DNA of 64,000 bases from an uncultured Acidobacteriaceae bacterium (GCA_963813215.1 CAWEXZ010000010.1:160540-224539), one strand, 5' to 3'; numbered from the stretch's first letter, positions 47,709-57,348 are shown. Numbers and translations are program-made. Notes: a model not told the origin generated them from the letters alone.

Positions 47709-48466
47709 AGATCTTTTGTGGCGTTGAGCCAATTCTCCAGGAACAACTTAACCTCCTCAGGGGGACGCAACCAGACGTCGGCTGCTGTTTCTCGCTGCTC
47801 GGGACGGACCAGGATGCCGAGGCCGCGGCCTTTTAGCGCTCTGAAAGCGGCTTCGTCGGTGAGGTCGTCGCCCAGAAATGCAATTGGGCTGCAGTCGGCG
47901 CATTCGGCGAGCAATGCGGCTGCTGCGGCGCCTTTGTCGCGGCCAGCACGCAACTCGACGCCGGACTCGAAGGGCTGCAACTGGAATCCATGGATTTGAG
48001 CGGCGGGTTCGAAGAGAGCGCGGGTTTGTTGCTGGATGCGGGCCGCTTCCGCGGACGGGACACCGCGCCAGTGCATGACCGCGGCATTGGGTTTGGATTC
48101 AAAGAGACCACCGAAGCTGTCGCGCTGGAGTCGGGCGCGCAGCTCTTCCAGCTTTTCAACAACTGCTTCGGGCAGGCGCTCGCGCTCGCGCCGACCGTCG
48201 GGATAGAGGCGCTCGAATCCGTGCAGGCCCCAGACTTCCAGTGGTGCGTTGAGGGCGAGGAGCGGAGCAATTTCGTGCGCAGGACGGCCGGTGATGACGA
48301 CCATGCGTGTTTTATTTCGGTCCTGGATGCGATTCAGGAGATCGCGAATGCCGGGCCAGGGGATAGCCTGAAACCGGTCGACGTGGAAGGGTGCCAGCGT
48401 GCCATCGTAGTCGAGCAGGAGCAGCGGGCGACGGGCGCTGGTAAACCCTGCGAAGAATTTTTCCAA
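47699..48466 (-). CDS. otsB: Trehalose-6-phosphate phosphatase
   Basis: HAD motif I LLLDYDGTLAP, VVITGRP and FLGDDLTDE. It lies downstream of otsA. Confidence 0.85.
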   Translation of the reverse strand: MEKFFAGFTSARRPLLLLDYDGTLAPFHVDRFQAIPWPGIRDLLNRIQDRNKTRMVVITGRPAHEIAPLLALNAPLEVWGLHGFERLYPDGRRERERLPEAVVEKLEELRARLQRDSFGGLFESKPNAAVMHWRGVPSAEAARIQQQTRALFEPAAQIHGFQLQPFESGVELRAGRDKGAAAAALLAECADCSPIAFLGDDLTDEAAFRALKGRGLGILVRPEQRETAADVWLRPPEEVKLFLENWLNATKDLSS

Positions 48467-48589
48467 AGTCTCTGCGGCGTTGGAGTTCAGCGATCCCTCC
48501 GGTGCTTCCTGGGTCAGTTTACGATGGGCGGATCTACGAAGGGCGGATCAGATCGTGGGTGGCTAGTTGGAGAAGCTCTGCATAAGTAT

Positions 48590-48750
48590 TTCGCATTCCC
48601 TCAGGGGCTAAAGCCCCGGCTGTTTTTGCAGAGCCTGACGTACGGGCTGAAGCCCGTACCCTTCAAATACGGGCTTCAGCTCATACCCTTTAAATGCAGG
48701 CTGAAGCTCGTACCCTTCAAAACGACGACTTATTCAGAGGTTCCTTAGCA
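48590..48750. repeat. Family B repeat cluster between otsA and otsB
   Basis: The composite element at 48590-48665 is nearly identical to 39604-39678 and 58971-59046. It is followed by degenerate units and TTCAGAGGTTCCTTAG (48733-48748). Confidence 0.85.
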
Positions 48751-48768
48751 ACAAGAAACAACAACTGC

Positions 48769-48805
48769 GGATGCTTCGACTACGCTCAGGATGAAAGACG
48801 CGCTA
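48769..48805. repeat. Family E element (short form) abutting the otsA stop
   Basis: The reverse strand reads TAGcgcgtctttCATCCTGAGCGtAGTCGAAGcatcc, and the leading TAG is the otsA stop (48803-48805). Confidence 0.65.
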
Positions 48806-51160
48806 CGCAGTTCTTCTGCTCACCTTTTCGAGCGAGGGGACGGCTGTGGGTTCGGCTCGGGAAGATTGCGCAGGCTGCTCCTCGTTTTCGAGACGCAGTT
48901 CGCGCAGGCCACCAAGGATGTTGGCAGCCCACAAATAAATATTGTGCTCCACTACCTGGCGCCTCATGCGCACCATGCGATCGCGACGCTCGGCGCGCGG
49001 CATTTGCAGGCCGCGGTGAATGGATTCGGCGACGCCTGAGATGTCGTAGGGGTTCACGAGGAGGGCATCGGGAAGTTCGACCGCCGCACCGGTGAAGCGG
49101 CTCAGCACCAGTACCCCGTCTTCGTCATCGCGCGAGGCCACAAACTCTTTCGCCACCAGGTTCATGCCGTCGTGGAGAGAAGTGACGAGACAAATGTCGG
49201 CGGCCTGGTACCAGCGGCGCACTTCGTCGTGGCTGCACTGACGCTCGATGAGGATGACGGGCTTCCAGCGGGCGGTCTGGTAACGTGCGTTGATTCGTTC
49301 TGCGGTATCTTCCACCTGCAGGCGCAAATCGGCGTAGCTGGGGATGCGAGTGCGGCTGGGTGCGGCGATCTGCACCAGCGTGAAGCGGTCGCGATACCAC
49401 GGGCGCGCTGCGAGCAACTGCTCGAGGGCCATGAGACGCTCGACAATGCCCTTGGTGTAATCGAGACGATCGACGCCGATGGCCAGGTACTCGGGGTGGA
49501 TGGCGAAGGCGCTCAACAACTGCTCGCGCGCGAGCAGTTGCTCGGCCTCGCGACCGGCGGGGTCTTGCGGCTCGGCTTGCGCGCGCACGCAGTCTTCGCA
49601 GGCCACGCTGATGGGGAAAGCGCGAATGGTGGTCAGGTGCCCGTGGCGGCGTGTGGTCAGGTGTTCGTGACTGGTGCGCGCTTCCAGTGCGCGGTCGACG
49701 GTGGAGAGGAAGTTATGGCAGTGCAGCGGAATGTGAAAGCCGATGAGGTCGGCTCCGAGCAGGCCATCGAGCAACTCGTTCTGCCAGGGGCAGATGCCAA
49801 AGGCTTCCGGATTCGGCCAGGGAATATGCCAGAAGATGGCGACACGGGCATCGGGACGGGCGCGCTTGATCAAGCGCGGCAGGAGCGCGAAGTGATAGTC
49901 CTGCACAAAGACGATGGGATTGGGACAGTCCTTCATCTCCGCGAGCAGCGCATGAGCGAAGCGTTCGTTGATGCGCTGGTAGCACTCCCAGTCGCCGGAG
50001 CGGAAGGTGGGGCGGGTGTGCGCGATATGGCAGAGCGGCCACAGACCCTCATTGGCGAAGCCGTCGTAATATTGCGATTCTTCTTCTGCCGAGAGCCAGA
50101 CGCGGCGCAGGGTGTACTTGGGATCGTCGGGTGGAACGCGCAGGTGATCGAATTCATCGACCACCTGGGTGTCGGCATCGCCGCTGCCGAAGGCTACCCA
50201 GACGCCATCGCAGGCGCGCAATACAGGCTCAAGTGCTGTGACCAGGCCGCTGGGTGGAACGACGCATTCAATCTCGCGGCCATTGCGCACGTGCATGTAG
50301 GGTTCGCGATTGGAGACAACGAAGATGCGGCTCGACCCGGCATTGTTGCGCATGTGCACGGCCAGGCGCTCGGCGGTCCACCAGTGTTCGCCGGCTTCGC
50401 GGAGGGTGGCCTCAGTGGTGGCGGCCGCGCGCGCGGCCTTCAGGCTCTGGGCCATGGTCTCCACTTCGCGTGCAATGGGCGAAAAGAAGCTGAGGTCGCC
50501 TCCCATGTCGGCTGCGTGCGTTTCGGCCGAGCGGGCGTGTCCGGTGCGGAGATGGCGCAGGCGCTCAATGAAATGGCCCATGGGCCGGGTGAGGAAGCGG
50601 CTCACCATGAACGCGGTGATGAGGGCGATGAGGACGACCGAGATGGCGATGAGCCAGAAGCTGCGGCGCCAGACGGCGTTGGCTTCAGAGCGAATAGAGC
50701 CGGCGTCGGCAACCACGACCAAAGAGCCGGATACGCCGTTGCCGCTGTGGAGCGGGAAGGCGCTTTCGAGCCAATCCCATTTTCCAATGTGGCCGAACTG
50801 ACTATATTCGATGTTTTTCGAAAGCGATCTTCTGACCGGATAATGACTGAGCGAGCCCAGCACCTCAGCCGGCCCGGCGTTTGCCAGCAGGTTGTCCTGG
50901 GCATCATAGACCGCAATTCCCAGCGCGCCAGTGCCGTTCTTGAGGACCTGCACGACACCGGCCAGCGCCGGCATGTCGCGCGCATCAACGGCTTGCTGTA
51001 TTTGCGGAAGAATGCTCAGCCCCATCCACCGTGTCTGGCGATCGAGTTCCTGCCGCAGAACGTGACGGTGCGCGAGAACATCAAAGTATGTAGTTGCGAC
51101 CGAGACGATCGTCACGCTTGCGATAAGAGCCAGAATCAACCGAATACGGAACCGATGCAC
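48803..51160 (-). CDS. otsA: Trehalose-6-phosphate synthase (GT20) fused to an N-terminal two-TM sensor-like module
   Basis: Residues from about 277 onward match OtsA ([51 protein letters not shown]). The first ~276 aa comprise a TM helix, a ~140-aa extracytoplasmic segment, a second TM helix and a HAMP-like linker. Confidence 0.88.
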   Translation of the reverse strand: MHRFRIRLILALIASVTIVSVATTYFDVLAHRHVLRQELDRQTRWMGLSILPQIQQAVDARDMPALAGVVQVLKNGTGALGIAVYDAQDNLLANAGPAEVLGSLSHYPVRRSLSKNIEYSQFGHIGKWDWLESAFPLHSGNGVSGSLVVVADAGSIRSEANAVWRRSFWLIAISVVLIALITAFMVSRFLTRPMGHFIERLRHLRTGHARSAETHAADMGGDLSFFSPIAREVETMAQSLKAARAAATTEATLREAGEHWWTAERLAVHMRNNAGSSRIFVVSNREPYMHVRNGREIECVVPPSGLVTALEPVLRACDGVWVAFGSGDADTQVVDEFDHLRVPPDDPKYTLRRVWLSAEEESQYYDGFANEGLWPLCHIAHTRPTFRSGDWECYQRINERFAHALLAEMKDCPNPIVFVQDYHFALLPRLIKRARPDARVAIFWHIPWPNPEAFGICPWQNELLDGLLGADLIGFHIPLHCHNFLSTVDRALEARTSHEHLTTRRHGHLTTIRAFPISVACEDCVRAQAEPQDPAGREAEQLLAREQLLSAFAIHPEYLAIGVDRLDYTKGIVERLMALEQLLAARPWYRDRFTLVQIAAPSRTRIPSYADLRLQVEDTAERINARYQTARWKPVILIERQCSHDEVRRWYQAADICLVTSLHDGMNLVAKEFVASRDDEDGVLVLSRFTGAAVELPDALLVNPYDISGVAESIHRGLQMPRAERRDRMVRMRRQVVEHNIYLWAANILGGLRELRLENEEQPAQSSRAEPTAVPSLEKVSRRTA

Positions 51161-51492
51161 CCGAAACTCCCTTCAAAATCGTCTTCACAACCAGTTAGAT
51201 GCAAGGGACCAGCTGCGTGCGTTCGTTTTGCGCGTTAGATGCAAGAGGACGCTTGAGTGCGCGCTGTGCGGCGGAAAGACTTAGGATTTTCAGGCTTTAG
51301 GCGACAGGTCTGGTCAGGAATCTCCCCACGGGGTCGTCGGGGATTCCCGTATTATGAGCCGGCGGAAGCGGCCCGCGGACGGCATGGCGGGGGTTGATGC
51401 GCTATTCTGTCCACGGAAGCAGAGGCCTATCCGCTTCGAGATACTCACGCTTTCACATTCCTCAGGCGAGGCTGCCCCGGCCGGCAAACACC

Positions 51493-52269
51493 ATGGCGAT
51501 CAACGCGATCGATCGTACCGCCAAAGAAATCGTGCTTACTGTCCAGGACTACACGCTCTTTGCCTGGCGCGCGCTGCTGAACCTGTTTCGGCCGCCTATC
51601 TACTGGGTGGATTTTCTCATTCAATCGGACGTTATTGGGGTGGGGTCGGTGGCCATCGTGCTGCTGTCGGGATTTTTTACCGGTGGCGTTCTGGCACTGC
51701 AATCGGCGGCCACGCTGGCGGCGTTTGGCGCCACAGCGGTAACGGGGCGATTTGTTTCGCTCACGATGATCCGTGAGTTGGGCCCGGTACTGACCGGAGT
51801 GATGGTGTCGGGGCGCAACGCCTCGTCGATGGCCAGTGAACTGGGCTCGATGGTCGTGACCGAGCAGATAGACGCGATGCGGGCGCTGGGGGTGGATCCC
51901 ATGCGCAAGCTGGTGACACCGCGCATCTACTCCAGCACTGTCATGCTGCTACTACTGACTATCGTCGCTGACGCCTGCGGAATTCTGGGCGGGGCCGCGG
52001 TCACGGTGCTGCTGAACCACCAGAACGGCACACAGTACTTTCACATGGCTTACGAGCGGCTGGCCTATCCCGACGTGGTGCAGGGAATGGTGAAGCCGCT
52101 GTGCTTCGGGTATATTCTGGCTTCGATCGGGTGCTTTTACGGAATGCGGACTACGGGCGGCACGCAAGGCGTGGGCCGTTCTACGATTTCCGCGGTCGTG
52201 GTGGCCTCGGTGCTGATCATCTTCGTCGACTTCCTGATTACTCACGTGTTGCTGACCGTCTTCGGATGA
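51493..52269 (+). CDS. mlaE: MlaE-family ABC transporter permease
   Basis: MIRELGPVLTGVMVSGRNASSMASELGSMVVTEQIDAMRALGVDP is the MlaE signature region. Start at ATG 51493. Confidence 0.86.
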   Translation: MAINAIDRTAKEIVLTVQDYTLFAWRALLNLFRPPIYWVDFLIQSDVIGVGSVAIVLLSGFFTGGVLALQSAATLAAFGATAVTGRFVSLTMIRELGPVLTGVMVSGRNASSMASELGSMVVTEQIDAMRALGVDPMRKLVTPRIYSSTVMLLLLTIVADACGILGGAAVTVLLNHQNGTQYFHMAYERLAYPDVVQGMVKPLCFGYILASIGCFYGMRTTGGTQGVGRSTISAVVVASVLIIFVDFLITHVLLTVFG

Positions 52270-53105
52270 GCGCTACGCCTTTTTCCATCGCTGAGCCACT
52301 CGCGCCGCTGGAGAGCGACACGGTGGTGGATGTGCGGAATGTTTCGGTGGTGTTCGACGGGCCGCCGGTGCTCGATGACATTTCCTTCACGGTGGCGCGA
52401 GGCGAGACCCGAATCCTGTTGGGGCCGGCGGGCGTGGGCAAGAGCGTACTGCTGAAGCTGATTAACGGTCTTATAGAACCGGTACGCGGCAGTGTGTGGC
52501 TGTTCGGCGAAGAGATCACCTCAATGCCCGAGGAGGGACTGTTTCCGTTGCGCGCGCGCACTGGCATGGTGTTCCAGGAGGGCGCGCTCTTCGATTCACT
52601 CAGCGTACGGGATAACGTGGCGTACCAATTGCTGCAGGATCGCTCAATCCCGGACCAGGAGATTGATACACGCGTCCGGGAAGCGCTCAGCTTTGTGGGT
52701 CTGGAGGAGACGTTCTCGCTGTTTCCGGCCAGCCTTTCGGGCGGCATGCGGCGGCGTGTTGCGATTGCGCGCGCGTTGATCAACCACCCCGAGCTGATTC
52801 TGTATGACTCGCCGACCGGCGGTCTGGATCCCGTTACCTCCATGACGATCATGGACCTGGTGATGAAGGAGCGCGACGTGCACGGCACGCCGTCGATCAT
52901 GGTGACGCACCGGCTCCAGGACGCTTTCATGCTGTGCACGCATCGCTTCGATGTGCAGCGCGGCGAAGTGGTGGCGCTACCCAAAGGCGAAACGGTGGCC
53001 AACACCACGTTTCTCATGCTGAACGAAGGACGGCTGATCTTCAACGGAACGCTGCACGAACTGCTGCACAGCGAGAATCCGGTTGTGCGGGAGTTTCTGG
53101 AATAA
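52266..53105 (+). CDS. mlaF: MlaF-like ABC transporter ATP-binding protein
   Basis: ATGA overlap with mlaE. Walker A GPAGVGKS, signature LSGGMRRRVAIARAL and Walker B ILYDSPTGGLD. Confidence 0.9.
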   Translation: MSATPFSIAEPLAPLESDTVVDVRNVSVVFDGPPVLDDISFTVARGETRILLGPAGVGKSVLLKLINGLIEPVRGSVWLFGEEITSMPEEGLFPLRARTGMVFQEGALFDSLSVRDNVAYQLLQDRSIPDQEIDTRVREALSFVGLEETFSLFPASLSGGMRRRVAIARALINHPELILYDSPTGGLDPVTSMTIMDLVMKERDVHGTPSIMVTHRLQDAFMLCTHRFDVQRGEVVALPKGETVANTTFLMLNEGRLIFNGTLHELLHSENPVVREFLE

Positions 53106-53107
53106 GG

Positions 53108-53190
53108 CAGGGACGGAAGGGACAAGGGACAAGGGACAAGGGCGGGACAAGGGACCAGGAGAACGAGGGAACTAGGGAACGAGGGAACAA
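53108..53190 (+). repeat. Family D array directly after the mlaF stop (largest copy)
   Basis: cagggacggaagggacaagggacaagggacaagggcgggacaagggaccaggagaacgagggaactagggaacgagggaacaa. Confidence 0.88.
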
Positions 53191-53247
53191 ATCGCCCCAG
53201 GCTTGCGCTTGGGGCGATTTTGTTGCGCAACCTATGTTGGCCGAAGG

Positions 53248-53553
53248 TCAGGGGCGGGCGGTATTTTTCCAGAGGATGGCGGCCAAGATGGCGAGCGTAG
53301 AAATGAGGCGGAGAAGAGAGAGCCAGGGATTGGCAAGGTTGGGATGCGCGAGAGCGAGGACGACGACATTGCTGGTGCCCTGAATGAGGAAGAAAGCGGC
53401 AAAGCCCAGGAACAGCAGGTCGCGGGTGGAGCGCCAGAAGCGCAGGAAAAAAAGGCCGGCAACCAGTGAGCAGGCGCTGACGAAGCCGATAAGAAACAGG
53501 TCGGTAGAGAGGTGCGCGAGGGGCGCTAACTGATCCACTGGAACCGTGTTCAT
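53248..53553 (-). CDS. Small 3-TM membrane protein, DUF5985-like
   Basis: 101 aa with three hydrophobic helices. ATGA overlap with the upstream paralogue. The family name is recalled from memory and was not verified. Confidence 0.6.
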   Translation of the reverse strand: MNTVPVDQLAPLAHLSTDLFLIGFVSACSLVAGLFFLRFWRSTRDLLFLGFAAFFLIQGTSNVVVLALAHPNLANPWLSLLRLISTLAILAAILWKNTARP

Positions 53554-53807
53554 TCACTCTCCCAGATCAGGCCGTAAACCAGCAGCGCCATGGCCAGCGC
53601 AGCCGATCCGGTGCGCCACGTATAGAGATCAACCTTGGGAAAGAAGATGAGATCGGCCATCATGAGCACATTGGAGAGGGTGAGGCCCGCGAAGCAGAGG
53701 CCGCTCCATAGCAGCAACTTGCCATGCATTCGTGCATAAGCGCGCAACAGCAGGATGGCGCAGAGCAGGGTGGTGAAGCAGGTAACTATATAAAGCGCAG
53801 GCGTCAT
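53550..53807 (-). CDS. Small 3-TM membrane protein, DUF5985-like
   Basis: Start at ATG 53807 after a GGAGGAG Shine-Dalgarno. MTPALYIVTCFTTLLCAILLLRAYARMHGKLLLWSGLCFAGLTLSNVLMMADLIFFPKVDLYTWR... resembles DUF5985 sequences I recall. Confidence 0.62.
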   Translation of the reverse strand: MTPALYIVTCFTTLLCAILLLRAYARMHGKLLLWSGLCFAGLTLSNVLMMADLIFFPKVDLYTWRTGSAALAMALLVYGLIWESE

Positions 53808-53963
53808 AATTCCTGCTCCTCCATGCCTGGAGTTCAGGTGCAAATTTCCGTGCGGGGGATGACATATCCAATTTAGCACGGGGATGACGGGGAGAGAATG
53901 CAGTTCAACGTATGAGCGGAAGGGCGAGTTGAAGAAATATGTATGCCGGCGAATCTCGCGTTC

Positions 53964-54347
53964 TCAGTGAACGGAGAGAAGTTGCGAGGCTTTCTGCAGC
54001 ATGAATTCGGGATGGACGGGCTTCTCGAGAATGTCGAAGAGGTGACCGGCCTGGGCCGCAGCGCGGGCTAATTGCGCGGTGTTGGGATTTCCGGAGAAGA
54101 GAAGTATCTGGCAGGAAGGCGCACGGCCGGCGAGATCGATGGCCAGTTCGATGCCGCTCATTTTCGGGAGGACGACATCGAGAATGACGAGCGATGGTCG
54201 CCAATCTCGCATGATTTCAACGGCTTGTTCAGCGGAGTAGGTGGCGCGCGCCTCGTATCCGGCAAGGTTGAAGATCGTCGCGAGAGTGTCCGACGTCGAT
54301 TGCTCATCGTCTACGATCAATACCTTTCGACCCTTCGCAAGCAGCAT
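53964..54347 (-). CDS. Stand-alone response-regulator receiver protein (CheY-like)
   Basis: 127 aa. VLIVDDEQ...LVILDVVLPKMSGIE...LFSGN, i.e. phospho-acceptor Asp and Lys motifs. Confidence 0.85.
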   Translation of the reverse strand: MLLAKGRKVLIVDDEQSTSDTLATIFNLAGYEARATYSAEQAVEIMRDWRPSLVILDVVLPKMSGIELAIDLAGRAPSCQILLFSGNPNTAQLARAAAQAGHLFDILEKPVHPEFMLQKASQLLSVH

Positions 54348-54590
54348 GGCGGAACCTGGGCAAGAGAGAAATCATGCTGGTATCAGATTTACGGACGAGG
54401 CGCTAGAGGAGGGTGAATCAACGCGCCAGCCGGAGCGCGCCGTCACGGTCATTATGCCACGTTTGCAGGCGAAAATGCGGAGACGGCTCGGCAGCGTGAA
54501 ATTCATGCCGCGTGGGGGAAACTGCGGAAGCGCGCAACTCGACGGCTGGAGCCATGCGTCTTATCTAGAAACCCGCACAGGAGGAATTCG

Positions 54591-55151
54591 ATGGCTTCAA
54601 ATTTACAAGGCAAGAGAATTGCGATTCTGGCAACCGATGGATTCGAGCAAGTGGAGTTGACGGAACCGAAGAAGGCACTGGACCAGGCCGGCGCGCAGAC
54701 GGTGGTGATTGCCCCGAAATCCGGAGAGATCAAGGGCTGGAACCACACAGACTGGGGACAGTCGGTGAAGGTGGATCGCACGCTGGACCAGGCACGGCCC
54801 GATGAGTTTGACGCGTTGCTGTTGCCAGGCGGAGTGATGAATCCGGATAACCTGCGCATGGAGCCGAAGGCGGTGAACTTTGTGCGCGAGTTCAGCCAGT
54901 CGGGCAAGCCGGTGGCGGCCATTTGCCATGGACCGTGGATGCTGGTGGAAGCCGGCGTGGTGAATGGAAAGACGATTACATCGTGGCCTTCGCTGAAGAC
55001 CGACATCAAGAACGCGGGAGGGAAGTGGGTGGATCAGGAGGTGGCGGCGGATGGGCAGTTCATTACCAGCCGCAAACCGGAAGATATTCCCGCGTTCAAT
55101 AGGACGCTGATCGAAAAGATTGGACAGGAGGCGGGAAGACGGGCGGCGTAG
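54591..55151 (+). CDS. DJ-1/PfpI-family protein (YhbO/PfpI-like)
   Basis: KRIAILATDGFEQVEL, LLLPGGVMNPD and the nucleophile elbow AAICHGPWML. Confidence 0.9.
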   Translation: MASNLQGKRIAILATDGFEQVELTEPKKALDQAGAQTVVIAPKSGEIKGWNHTDWGQSVKVDRTLDQARPDEFDALLLPGGVMNPDNLRMEPKAVNFVREFSQSGKPVAAICHGPWMLVEAGVVNGKTITSWPSLKTDIKNAGGKWVDQEVAADGQFITSRKPEDIPAFNRTLIEKIGQEAGRRAA

Positions 55152-55155
55152 ACGC

Positions 55156-55220
55156 AGGGACGCTTGGACCAAGGGACCAAGGGACAAGGGAACAAGGGAA
55201 CAAGGGACCGAGGGAACAAG
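55156..55220 (+). repeat. Family D array directly after the DJ-1/PfpI stop
   Basis: agggacgcttggaccaagggaccaagggacaagggaacaagggaacaagggaccgagggaacaag. Confidence 0.88.
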
Positions 55221-55270
55221 GAGGTTGGCGGACGTGCCCCGGCACCCTCTTTTATTGTTTGTTTCCCTGG

Positions 55271-55320
55271 GCACGGGCCGGGAGGCCCGCACTACAGCCG
55301 GACTGGAGTCCGGCGCTACA
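55271..55320. repeat. Family C double-hairpin element
   Basis: gcacGGGCCgggaGGCCCgcactacaGCCGGACTggAGTCCGGCgctaca. It contains the TAG stop of the acyl-CoA dehydrogenase (55316-55318). Confidence 0.85.
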
Positions 55321-57105
55321 CTGGATACTTTTCGGCGGCGATGCAGGCGGCGGCTACGGCGCGGCTTAGGGCAACTGTGTTCGCCGGCGTAAATCGTGCG
55401 AGGCGGCGCAGGATGGCTAACTGGGTGCGCAGCATATCGCCTTCAGCGCACGCGGCCAGAATGCGACGGGCGGATTGCTCGGTGACGCTCATGGCCTCAT
55501 CGGCGAGCAGACCGGTCAAGGCGGCGGCAACGGTCGAAGAGTTGCGGCCGGCATCCGCCAGTTTGCGGGAGCGCAGTAACGCAGACTCGAGCGCATAGAT
55601 CTGCGTGATCATGTCGGCCAGGTCGGCCATGATCTCCTGCTGATCTTGAAGAGTATTCATGTAGCGCTGGCTGGCGACGCCGGCGGCAAAGAGCGTGAGG
55701 CGTCGCGCGGCGGCGAGAGCGGTGGTCTCGTGCGCCAGCGGCTCGGTAGATTCACTACTGTCGAGCGAAGGCGGCTGCGTGACTTCGTCCATGACACGCT
55801 TGATGGCTTGCAGCAACGGGAGCTTGCCGGTGGTGGCGCGCTTCATTAACCATCCGGTAATAATGAGGCGATTGATTTCGTTGGTGCCTTCAAAAATCCG
55901 ATTGATGCGCGCGTCGCGGTAGGTGCGCTCGGCCGGATACTCCTCTACATAGCCGTAGCCACCCATGGTGGCGATCAGCTCGTCGGCAACCAGGGTGAGC
56001 ATCTCAGAGTCATAGACCTTGAGGATGGAGCACTCGACCGCGTACTCCTCGATCCGCTTTTGTGTTTCCGCAGATGAGTGGGGTTGATCGAGCTCGGCGA
56101 GGCTGGAGTCGATCATGCCGATGGTGCGGTAATTCATGCACTCGGCGGCGTAGAGGTGGGCGGCGCACGTGGAGATTTTGCGCTGCACGAGGCCGAAGTC
56201 GGCGATCGACTTGCCGAAGGCTTTGCGGTCTTTGGCATAGCGGATCATGTCGCCCAGTGCGTGACGTGCGCCCCCCACGCAGAAGACGCCCAGCTTGAGG
56301 CGGCCCATGTTGAGCACGTTGAAGGCGATGTGGTGGCCTTTGCCGGCTCGCCGAGAAGATTCTCGACGGGAACTTTGCAGTCCTGCAGAATAAGCGGGCA
56401 GGTGGACGAGCCGCGGATGCCCAACTTGTGCTCTTCGGCACCGACGCTGAGTCCGGGCGTGTCGCGCTCGATGAGGAAGGCGGAGAATTTTTCGCCGTCG
56501 ATTTTAGCGAAGACGGTGTAGAGACCGGCGGTGGCGCAGTTGGTGATCCAGTGCTTTTCGCCGTTGAGGATGTAATGCTTGCCGTCGGCGGAGAGGGTGG
56601 CGCGGGTGCGGATGTTCATGGCGTCGGAGCCGGAGCTGGCCTCAGACAATGCGTAGGCGCCGATCCACTCGCAACTGGCGAGTTTGGGAAGATAGCGGCG
56701 CTTCTGCTCTTCGGTTCCGTACCAGACCAGCGGCAGCGTGGCGATTCCGACATGCGCGCCCATGGCCGTGGAGAAGCTGGCCAGGACGGAGAGGTGCTCG
56801 GCGACCAGCGATGAGGTGACCTTGTCGGCGCCGATTCCGCCGTATTCCTCGGGGACCTCGGCGGCCATGAAACCGAGCTCGGCGGCTTTGCGCATGAGCG
56901 CGGCCATGGCGCCGAGTTCTTTGGATTCGATGGCGGGAATGGCGGGCTGAATTTCTTCGCGGGCGAAGCGCACCGCAGATGCGGCGATCTGGCGCTGCTC
57001 CTCGTTCAGGTCTTCGGGAGTGAAGATCTCGGAGGGCGAGCGGGATTCGAGCAGGAAGCTGCCGCCGGGAGCGGCAAGGGCGCGGGTAGCGACGAGAGGG
57101 GACAT
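55316..57105 (-). pseudogene. Long-form acyl-CoA dehydrogenase, interrupted by a 1-nt deletion (or sequencing error)
   Basis: The N-terminal part (…GAYALSEASSGSDA…LILQDCKVPVENLLGE) and the C-terminal part (KGHHIAFNVLNMGRLKLG…YPAERTYRDARINRIFEGTNEI…) are in different frames. The junction is ggc gag ccg gca aag gcc, where ccg Ggc aaa ggc is expected (about 56343-56346). The span is 1790 nt, i.e. 597 codons minus 1. Confidence 0.85.
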
Positions 57106-57348
57106 ACTCCTCCTGGAGTTCACGTTACAGGAGTGGATCGGGTGGTAACAAGAACATTGATGGTTGGATCTCGATTAACTGCCGCGGAGCCGGGGGCCGA
57201 TGAAACCGGGCGAACGGGATGGATCGCTCAATTTGAGATAGATGCAGAATCTCTGGCTGACGGATGCGGTTGCACGGTGGGATGCGCAACACGTACTCTT
57301 CCCCTGTTCTAGCGGTAACTGATGAATGAGGCATGAAAGGGGTGGGGG

